Below are positions 46,421 to 53,523 of a DNA stretch of 64,000 bases, in pieces. Made by a program: the position numbers and the translations under genes. The stretch comes from Candidatus Saccharimonadales bacterium (GTDB lineage Bacteria; Patescibacteriota; Saccharimonadia; Saccharimonadales; EFPC-124), in assembly GCA_035457485.1 (NCBI GenBank), contig DATIBO010000006.1, forward strand, positions 14,300 through 78,299. The letters run 5' to 3'. The notes under the pieces were generated by a model, which saw only the letters and a program-made list of their open reading frames with translations, was not told where the DNA came from and ran no database searches. The first letter of the stretch is position 1. Each line of letters opens with the position of its first letter.

Positions 46421-48535
46421 TTATACCTGCTTAGCTTCTTTCATACTCAAGTTCAAGCGACCTTGATCATCGATTGCAGTTAACTTAACCGTTACCTTCT
46501 GACCTTCTTTAAGTACGTCACTGACATTTTCTACGCGCTTGTCGCTAATTTGACTAACGTGCACCAAACCGTCACGACCAGGCATAATATTTACAAATGC
46601 GCCAAATTCCATCAGTTTAACAACTGTTCCTTCGTAGATTTTACCAACCTCCGGTTCAGCCACAATGTCGCTGATCATCTTAAGCGCAGCTTCGATTGCT
46701 TTGCCGTCTACTGCAGCAACAGTCACTAAACCATCATCTTTAATGTCGATCTCAGCACCAGTCTCAGCAATAATCTTGTTAATTACTTCGCCGCCTTTAC
46801 CGATGACTTCGCGGATTTTTTCTGGCTTGATCATCAGTTTTTCTATCCGCGGCGCATATGGACTAAGTGTTTTGCGTGGCTCAGCGATTGTCTCAAGCAT
46901 ATGGTTTAAAATAAACGCACGACCCTCCCTGCCTTGTTGCAGCGCTTGTCTTAGTACGTCGACATCAAGACCATGGACTTTCATATCCATTTGAAGCGCC
47001 GTGATTCCCTTGCTCGTTCCTGTAACCTTAAAGTCCATGTCGCCAGCAAAATCTTCGGCGTCTGCAATATCGCTCAAAATTACGATCTTGTCGCCGTCCT
47101 TCATTAGACCCATAGCGATTCCGCTTACAGGAGCTTTTAGCGGCACGCCAGCATCCATTAAAGCCAAGGTACTGCTACAAGTTGCGGCCATGCTGGTTGA
47201 TCCGTTTTGGCTCATAATCTCGGTTACTGTACGAATTGCGTACGGGAATTCTTCTTCGCTTGGCAAAACTGCAGTTAGTGCGCGTTCGGCAAGATAGCCG
47301 TGGCCGATTTCGCGGCGACCCGGGCTGCCTAATCGGCGGATTTCACCAACCGTGTAGCCAGGTGCGTTGTAGTGATGCATATAACGGCGCTCTTGATCGC
47401 GTTCCATTGTATCTACGATTTGCGCGTAGCTGAGAGGGGCCAAGGTTACAATGTTCATACCTTGAGTCATGCCGCGCGTAAACAAGCTGCTGCCGTGAGC
47501 GCGTGGCAAGAATCCCACTTCGGAGCTTAACGGGCGAATTTCGCTTGGTTTACGACCATCCGGACGAACACCGTCGCCGATAATTCCTTTACGAACGTCC
47601 TTGTGTACTGCCATTGAGAAAGCTTCGTCATATTCGCCTTTGGCGTTAGCGTATTCTTCAATCTCTTGCTCAAACGCTTCGTGCATTTGGTTACGCAGAT
47701 TGCCCATTAATTCGTTGCGTTCAGGATATGGTGCGCGCATTGCCTCGCCCAACTTACCCTCTACCCAACCGTCAACTTTGCTCACGATATCTTCGTTCGG
47801 CAGAGTTAGTTCGTACTCTTGTTTGACTACGCCAACTTTTTGTACGAGTTCTTGCTGCAGCTTAATCGCTGGCTGGATCGCCTCTTGCGCCCAAGCCAAA
47901 GCTTCGACAACCTGTTCTTCGGTAACCTGATTTGCACCAGCCTCTACCATCATAATGCCAGATTCAGTCCCGGCAACTACAAGATCAAGCTCGTTTTTAT
48001 CCATTTCAGCTAGTGGCAAAAATGCAGCTGGCTTGCCATCTTTTATGCCAACGCGTAAACCCGCGACCGGGCCCTCAAAAGGCGCGCCCGTAAGCATTAA
48101 GGCGGCGCTTGCTGCGATCATCGCGACCATATCAGGCCTAAAACTTGGGTCCATACTCAAAACGCTAGCGACAACTTGAACTTCGTGCCGATAACCTTTT
48201 GGCCAAAGTGGGCGGATTGGGCGGTCGATCAAGCGACCGATTAAAATAGCTTCGTCGCTCGGGCGGCCTTCGCGCTTAATAAAACGACTGCCGCTGATTT
48301 TGCCAGCAGCGTAAAATTTTTCCTCGTAGTCCACACTGAGCGGAAAATAGTCAAAGCCAACCACCGGTTTTGGTGCAACCATTGCAGTTCCCAAAACAAC
48401 TGTATCGCCGTAGCGAACGATCACACTGGCGCTAGTTCTAAAGCCAACTCGGTTGACCTCTAAGCTGAGTTTTCGACCGCAAAAATCAGTCTCTACTTTA
48501 ATAATATCTTTGCCGTAAGGGTTGATTGTGCCCAT
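46421..48535 (-). CDS. pnp: Polyribonucleotide nucleotidyltransferase (PNPase)
   Basis: Two RNase PH domains, a KH domain and an S1 domain (GKIYEGTVVKLMEFGAFVNIMPGRDGLVHVSQI) are present. Confidence 0.95.
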   Translation of the reverse strand: MGTINPYGKDIIKVETDFCGRKLSLEVNRVGFRTSASVIVRYGDTVVLGTAMVAPKPVVGFDYFPLSVDYEEKFYAAGKISGSRFIKREGRPSDEAILIGRLIDRPIRPLWPKGYRHEVQVVASVLSMDPSFRPDMVAMIAASAALMLTGAPFEGPVAGLRVGIKDGKPAAFLPLAEMDKNELDLVVAGTESGIMMVEAGANQVTEEQVVEALAWAQEAIQPAIKLQQELVQKVGVVKQEYELTLPNEDIVSKVDGWVEGKLGEAMRAPYPERNELMGNLRNQMHEAFEQEIEEYANAKGEYDEAFSMAVHKDVRKGIIGDGVRPDGRKPSEIRPLSSEVGFLPRAHGSSLFTRGMTQGMNIVTLAPLSYAQIVDTMERDQERRYMHHYNAPGYTVGEIRRLGSPGRREIGHGYLAERALTAVLPSEEEFPYAIRTVTEIMSQNGSTSMAATCSSTLALMDAGVPLKAPVSGIAMGLMKDGDKIVILSDIADAEDFAGDMDFKVTGTSKGITALQMDMKVHGLDVDVLRQALQQGREGRAFILNHMLETIAEPRKTLSPYAPRIEKLMIKPEKIREVIGKGGEVINKIIAETGAEIDIKDDGLVTVAAVDGKAIEAALKMISDIVAEPEVGKIYEGTVVKLMEFGAFVNIMPGRDGLVHVSQISDKRVENVSDVLKEGQKVTVKLTAIDDQGRLNLSMKEAKQV

Positions 48536-48773
48536 TTATCCTCTTTCTGTACCTGACCTGGTGTAACGGGTTTTATAGTATAAATTCTCGGGTCGCTACT
48601 TTGGGATAATTTTCTGTTGCGGGTCAAAAATGTATAACACATTTTTCACTTCCGGTGTGCCACAAAAAAGTTATCTCCAAATCGCTGTGAATCCCGGTTT
48701 TATACCGAAAAATCCAGCACACGCATTATTTCAGGTACAACTTAATTATATCTTATAAAAGAACAAGGGCCCG

Positions 48774-49040
48774 CTATTTGCGAAGCCCTAGTTTTGCAAT
48801 GAGAGCCGTGTAGGCCTCGTAATTTTTGCCCTGTAAGTATTTAAGGAGGCGTTTGCGCTTACCAACCATCTGTAGCAAGCCGCGACGACCATGAAAGTCG
48901 TGCTTGTGCTCTTTAAGATGCTCAGTAACCTCTTTAATGCGTTCGGTTAAAACTGCAACCTGAACTTGAGGAGAGCCAACGTCGTCTTTGTGTGTACGAA
49001 CAGACTCAATTACTGTAGTTTTCTTGTCTTTAGTAATCAT
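48774..49040 (-). CDS. rpsO: 30S ribosomal protein S15
   Basis: [48 protein letters not shown] is the S15 signature. Confidence 0.95.
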   Translation of the reverse strand: MITKDKKTTVIESVRTHKDDVGSPQVQVAVLTERIKEVTEHLKEHKHDFHGRRGLLQMVGKRKRLLKYLQGKNYEAYTALIAKLGLRK

Positions 49041-49135
49041 CCCTAGGATTTTATCAGATCACGATCTGTTTTGCAATAAGTTTTGATAAGTTCGGTGCGA
49101 GGGCTCGGGTCCTGGTCGGACCCGGCCCCCTCACT

Positions 49136-49702
49136 TCAGGCAGGTTGGGTGGATCCTGCGATCTGCGCCAGCCGGTTGAGCCTGCGCAGCTTCACCCACA
49201 TCACGAAGCACACCAGAAGGTACCCCGACGAGGCGAAGATCAGCCAGCCGATCGGCCGCTCGTCCACGTACACGCGGACCACGGCATCGTTCTCGTAGCA
49301 GACCGAGCGGTACGGCTCCGGGTTCTCGAACCCGCAGACGTACTGGATCGTGTCGCCCGTATTGACCTTGGTGCCCGCGTTCAGAACGACGGTGTGGCCG
49401 GCGTAGGTGACGACGGTCGAGATCTCGTTGCCGCCGATCATTTCGGACATCTGCCCGAGCACGACGGACGAGGTCCAGTGCGTACGGTTCGGAACATTCT
49501 CGGCCCGCATGTCAGCCTTGCTGAGACCGGCACCAGCGCCGGCCAGGCCGATCACCGATGCGAGCGCCGAAGCGACCATGACCCACTTGATCCACCGAGC
49601 GCTCTTACTGAGCACGGCGGCCAGCCCAAGCAGAACGAGTGCTCCCAGCAGTACGGCGGCAACGCCAGCGACATTACTCTGAGAGGGATCGACTGCGATC
49701 AC
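49136..49702 (-). CDS. Putative 3-TM membrane protein, ~188 aa (high-GC islet)
   Basis: GTG 49702 is preceded by AGGGGAAAA. The TM helices are VAGVAAVLLGALVLLGLAAVL, WVMVASALASVIGLAGAGAGL and WLIFASSGYLLVCFVMWV. The sample GC is 63%. The antisense ORF 49145..49723 looks like a high-GC artefact. Confidence 0.5.
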   Translation of the reverse strand: MIAVDPSQSNVAGVAAVLLGALVLLGLAAVLSKSARWIKWVMVASALASVIGLAGAGAGLSKADMRAENVPNRTHWTSSVVLGQMSEMIGGNEISTVVTYAGHTVVLNAGTKVNTGDTIQYVCGFENPEPYRSVCYENDAVVRVYVDERPIGWLIFASSGYLLVCFVMWVKLRRLNRLAQIAGSTQPA

Positions 49703-49765
49703 TGTTTTCCCCTGTTCACTTGAAGTGAGACCAACTAATTTGGCTAGTAAATTATACAATAAATT

Positions 49766-50440
49766 CTATGATAATTCAATCAACCTGTACTCGTCAGCAA
49801 TGGTTTGCGCTTGTTCGATTTTAAACTTCCCTACCACTGTTCTGCGCAACTCGCTCGTGTATGCACCAGTTTGTAAAACGCCTCCGATATCTTGCGTCAA
49901 AGTCCTAATGTACGTTCCACTGCTCACGTGAGTACGAATTTTCATTTCAGGGTAGTTATACTCTACTAAATCCAGGTTATAAACCTTAACTTTTCGCACA
50001 GGCATATCAACCTGCACGCCTTTTCGCGCCAAATTGTATGCCCGCTGACCATTGATTTTGATGGCACTGTAGATTGGTGGGGTTTGCTCGATTTCACCTG
50101 TAAATTTAGCAAGAACGGTTTTAACCTCCTGTAAACTTGGCTCCTTATTAGAGATTTCACTAATCTCACCCTCTGGATCACCGGTGGTACTTGTTTTGCC
50201 TAAAATAATTGTCGCGTCATAGGTTTTATCAAGCTTACTAAAGTCGCCTGCGCGCTTTGTGTATTTACCGGCAACAATAATCATAAGTCCGGTTGCAAAC
50301 GGATCAAGCGTACCTGTATGACCGACTTTCACTTTTTTACCAGCCACTTCGCTTAAACGTCGTCGAACGCGCGCAACTACGCCAAAACTGGTCATACCAG
50401 ATGGCTTATCAATCAAAATAATGCCCGAAGGGTTTTGCAT
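49766..50440 (-). CDS. truB: tRNA pseudouridine(55) synthase
   Basis: GIILIDKPSGMTSFGVVARVRR...KVGHTGTLDPFATGLMIIVAG is the TruB signature. Confidence 0.92.
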   Translation of the reverse strand: MQNPSGIILIDKPSGMTSFGVVARVRRRLSEVAGKKVKVGHTGTLDPFATGLMIIVAGKYTKRAGDFSKLDKTYDATIILGKTSTTGDPEGEISEISNKEPSLQEVKTVLAKFTGEIEQTPPIYSAIKINGQRAYNLARKGVQVDMPVRKVKVYNLDLVEYNYPEMKIRTHVSSGTYIRTLTQDIGGVLQTGAYTSELRRTVVGKFKIEQAQTIADEYRLIELS

Positions 50441-50464
50441 ACAATTACTTTAACAGATTAAAAA

Positions 50465-52435
50465 CTATTGGCCAGGGATCTTAAACTGACCTGGATCGAC
50501 TGGCGCCGGAGGTAAGTTTGACGCATTAGCATCAAAAGCACTAGGTGGGGTTGGTGGCATTTGTGGATTTGATGGCAACTCAGGCAAGGCTGGTGGCATC
50601 GGTGGCATAGCAGGAGCCCCTGGTTGCCCAGGCTCGCTAATAGGAAGTTGTGGCATCGGCGGTATCGGCGGTAATGCACCGAATCCAGATGGTTGGTTAG
50701 GCGTTAGATCGGTTGTTACTGGCTGCGGTGGAGTTACTGGCGCTGGCTCTGTGGGTGCAACTGCGAACGGCTCGGCAGCCGGCTGCTCTATCGGTGCAAC
50801 TGCGGGTGCGGGCTGAACAACAGGCTCTTCGGCGACTGCAGTTTGTGGCGCTTGCTGCTCAAAAGGTTGAACCTGCAATGATTCTTGAGCACCTACATCC
50901 TCGCGAGGCTGTCCGGCAGGATTAAAGGGCTGAGCTGCATAGGCTTGTTCTAGGTCTTTACGAGCATTTTGCTCAAGCTCGGCCAAGGTTGGCGCCGGAG
51001 CAGCTACTGGCTCAGGCGGCGCTTGCTCTGCAGGCTCTTGTGCGGGAGTAGTTTCTTGCGGCACTTGCGGTTGTGGCGCTTCTTCAATGACTTCTTCTGA
51101 CCCAATCATAGGTGCATGTTCTACCGCCGGCTCGTTCACAGTGGCCTCTACAGCGACAGGTTCGGCTGCGGCGGCTGATTCTACTATGGCTGGTGCAGCA
51201 ATCTCCTCGGCAGGGGGAGTTACCTCTTCGTCTTTAGCCTCTGTTGGCACCTCACCATGCTTGAGTGTACTAACTTTGTCCCTAAATTTACGCTCTTCTT
51301 CTTCGGCAAAATTTTTATCAGTTAAAGCTTGCGCGGTCGTAGCACTAAATGGCGAGCCCATTGTTGGCGGTTCTAAGCGCCGATCGCGCCAGGACTTTTC
51401 GCCCAATGTTTGAGATTCGGCTTCGTCCTCGGGGGCTTCTGTCAAAAACTCGTGAGTTGGACCGGCTGCCTGCTTGGTTTCTTCTTTGATCGCCTGCTTT
51501 AACTCGTCTAAGTTTGGCTCAGACGGCGCTGCGGTTTTCGGTAATGCTGCCTCCAATTCTTTTTCGGCAACTGCCAAATCCTGGGTTCGTTTGGCCGGCT
51601 TTTGCTCCGCATGCGCAATCGAAAGCTCGCCATTACCAGCTGCAGCAACTTCGGCCGGCTGGCTTACTTCTGGGAGTGGCCTTTGTGGCTGCAAATTAGT
51701 AGCTACCAATTGCTGGTTGGCGCCGGCTGCCATCATTTGAGCGGCCATGGTCATAACTGCAGGAGTCGTATGCTGATTGCTAAATCTTTCGGTAGCTGCA
51801 ACAAGACCCGTAAGTAGCGCCGTAGAAATCTGAGCGTCAACCAAACCTGGTTTTTGCATTTTGTCCGACAAACCAATTATCATTTCGCAAAGTGAGCTAG
51901 CATTTGGATCATGCCAGTCTACCGTGCCTAAGCCGCTCTGCTGATTATTGGCGTTAATAGTTACAACCGTAGCGTCGTGTAGTATTCGGCCATGTGCAAC
52001 AATTGCAGCGTCGAGATCTTCTCGTTTTTCTACACCGAGTGCAATAATAAGCTCAACGTTAAAATCGCCTTGACTAAATTTAAAGTCATCTTGGGTGATT
52101 GTCGTGCGATATGGAGTAATAAAGATGCGGACAACGTCTTCCTCTACTTTGTAGCGCAAACGATCGGCTTTATCTTTATCAAGCGATATTATAAAGTCGC
52201 GCAAACCATTAACGTTGCTTTCAAAGGTTTTGTTTGGCTCCAAAAAGTTGATTGCCGGCGGAATCGCTCCACTAAATACTGCCGTGGCATGTTTATCTAA
52301 CTTGTTCAGCAAAAGTGCTAAACCCAACGCTGCTGCTAGCGAATCCACGGACGGATTTGCGTTAACGGCTACTAAAATATTAGTAGACTTTTGAATTTTA
52401 TCTACGATCTGTTGCTGAGCTGCACCTGGTTGCAT
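50465..52435 (-). CDS. DHH/DHHA1-like domain protein with degenerate catalytic motifs and a ~400-aa Pro/Ala/Glu/Gln-rich C-terminal tail
   Basis: The N-terminal ~250 aa align by eye to NrnA-like phosphoesterases. The motif positions read VAVNANPSVDS and VVTINANNQ instead of DHxxxDxD and DHH. The remainder is low-complexity sequence (PAPEPVAAPAP, MPPMPPALPELP). Confidence 0.7.
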   Translation of the reverse strand: MQPGAAQQQIVDKIQKSTNILVAVNANPSVDSLAAALGLALLLNKLDKHATAVFSGAIPPAINFLEPNKTFESNVNGLRDFIISLDKDKADRLRYKVEEDVVRIFITPYRTTITQDDFKFSQGDFNVELIIALGVEKREDLDAAIVAHGRILHDATVVTINANNQQSGLGTVDWHDPNASSLCEMIIGLSDKMQKPGLVDAQISTALLTGLVAATERFSNQHTTPAVMTMAAQMMAAGANQQLVATNLQPQRPLPEVSQPAEVAAAGNGELSIAHAEQKPAKRTQDLAVAEKELEAALPKTAAPSEPNLDELKQAIKEETKQAAGPTHEFLTEAPEDEAESQTLGEKSWRDRRLEPPTMGSPFSATTAQALTDKNFAEEEERKFRDKVSTLKHGEVPTEAKDEEVTPPAEEIAAPAIVESAAAAEPVAVEATVNEPAVEHAPMIGSEEVIEEAPQPQVPQETTPAQEPAEQAPPEPVAAPAPTLAELEQNARKDLEQAYAAQPFNPAGQPREDVGAQESLQVQPFEQQAPQTAVAEEPVVQPAPAVAPIEQPAAEPFAVAPTEPAPVTPPQPVTTDLTPNQPSGFGALPPIPPMPQLPISEPGQPGAPAMPPMPPALPELPSNPQMPPTPPSAFDANASNLPPAPVDPGQFKIPGQ

Positions 52436-52550
52436 AGTTTATCTTTTTATTTTAGCCTTTTAGCTCACTTTAGCATAAGCTTGTTTTTTACGTCAAATAT
52501 AAAAACTTGAGGCAGTGTTGGACCGGCTGCAGAACTTGACCATATTAGTC

Positions 52551-52579
52551 TTTACAGATCAGCCATCTTAATGTATAGT
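52551..52579 (+). promoter_or_regulatory. Promoter TTTACA-17-TATAGT for rpsT
   Basis: TTTACA at 52551-52556, a 17-nt spacer, and TATAGT at 52574-52579 preceded by TG. Confidence 0.5.
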
Positions 52580-52621
52580 TGTTAACTGAACTTTCAACTA
52601 CTTTAAGCGAGACATTGAAAA

Positions 52622-52939
52622 ATGCCAATCATCAAATCTGCTATCAAAAAGATGCGTCAAGACGAAGTGCGTCGCACCCGTAACGCTCAGTTTAAGCGCA
52701 ACCTAAAAGCCGCAATTAAGGCTTTTCAGGCTAAACTTACTCCTGAAACTTTTAAAAAAGCCCAGTCAGAAATCGACAAAGCTGTTAAAAAGAATATTCT
52801 AGAAAAAAACACTGCTTCTCGACGCAAAGCTAGCCTGGCCAAAGCCGCAAAAGCAGCTGCCAGCGAAGCTCCAGCAAAAAAGCCGGCCACTAAAAAGACC
52901 GCAACCAAAAAACCTGCAGCAAAAAAAGCAGCCAAATAA
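52622..52939 (+). CDS. rpsT: 30S ribosomal protein S20 (Lys/Ala-rich C-terminal extension)
   Basis: MPIIKSAIKKMRQDEVRRTRNAQFKRNLKAAIK is the S20 signature. Confidence 0.92.
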   Translation: MPIIKSAIKKMRQDEVRRTRNAQFKRNLKAAIKAFQAKLTPETFKKAQSEIDKAVKKNILEKNTASRRKASLAKAAKAAASEAPAKKPATKKTATKKPAAKKAAK

Positions 52940-52940
52940 C

Positions 52941-52968
52941 AAAACGCCGCCAACTGAGCGGCGTTTTT
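52941..52968 (+). terminator. Rho-independent terminator of rpsT
   Basis: Stem CGCCGC/GCGGCG with loop CAACTGA, followed by T5. Confidence 0.8.
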
Positions 52969-52978
52969 AGTGCGTAGC

Positions 52979-53007
52979 ATGACATAAAGTTATTTTTATG
53001 TTATAAT
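52979..53007 (+). promoter_or_regulatory. Promoter ATGACA-17-TGtTATAAT driving the high-GC gene at 53067
   Basis: ATGACA at 52979-52984, a 17-nt spacer, TG at 52999-53000, and TATAAT at 53002-53007. Confidence 0.55.
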
Positions 53008-53066
53008 ATATTAATCTGCAAGCGCTTGTTCGCGTGCAGCGCGACAAGCCACTCTGAGGAGCAAAC

Positions 53067-53453
53067 TTGACTTCCAGCCAAAGAACCACGCGGCTACCGC
53101 AGAGTCATCCTCTGCTGAACGGCCTGCCCTACTTCGTCGTGGGCGAAGCCGTGATCAACGGTCTGTTCGCAGCCATCGAGTCGGGAAGCGTCCCCCGCTT
53201 ACCGATCATCGAAAAGCGCGAGACCAGCCCCGAGGACTTGAAGATCGAAGCCAGCATCGAAATCATCGAGGTCGGCTACGTCAAGCTGGTCGAGCTAACC
53301 GTGACCTGTCCGTTCATCGTCCGGCACCTCGACCAGTTCAGATCACGGATACTCAGCACCTTCCTCGAGACGGGCTACGACACCATGATCCCGCGCAGCC
53401 TCGTGGTGCGCGCCGAGAACAGCTTCACACTGCGCTTCCTCACCAAGGAGTAA
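53067..53453 (+). CDS. Hypothetical protein, 128 aa (high-GC islet)
   Basis: The TTG start is preceded by GAGGAG. The sample GC is 60%. Hairpins flank the gene at 53024-53049 and 53459-53513. Confidence 0.45.
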   Translation: MTSSQRTTRLPQSHPLLNGLPYFVVGEAVINGLFAAIESGSVPRLPIIEKRETSPEDLKIEASIEIIEVGYVKLVELTVTCPFIVRHLDQFRSRILSTFLETGYDTMIPRSLVVRAENSFTLRFLTKE

Positions 53454-53523
53454 CCCTTTTGCGACAAGTACGTCTTGGCCGCAAAGTGCGGTTCAAAGAT
53501 GTGCTTGTCGCAATAAAAACTTA

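Noticed and set aside
48536-48773. A 238-nt rpsO-pnp intergenic region as a structured pnp autoregulatory leader.
   Set aside because: The only clear structure is an A/T-rich 8-bp hairpin (about 48629-48650). I could trace no long RNase III-type stem by eye, so this needs computational folding.
49145-49723. A 192-aa plus-strand ORF antisense to the putative membrane protein.
   Set aside because: The translation is rich in Arg, His, Asp and Pro with no hydrophobic core and no ribosome-binding site. The minus-strand frame gives three clean TM helices and has AGGGG upstream of a GTG.
50465-51100. Repetitive GGTGGCAT / CCTGG-rich DNA resembling a tandem repeat array.
   Set aside because: This is the coding sequence for the MPP/PAP low-complexity tail of the DHH-like protein. 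It consists of imperfect short codon-level repeats. It is not a CRISPR array or a satellite.
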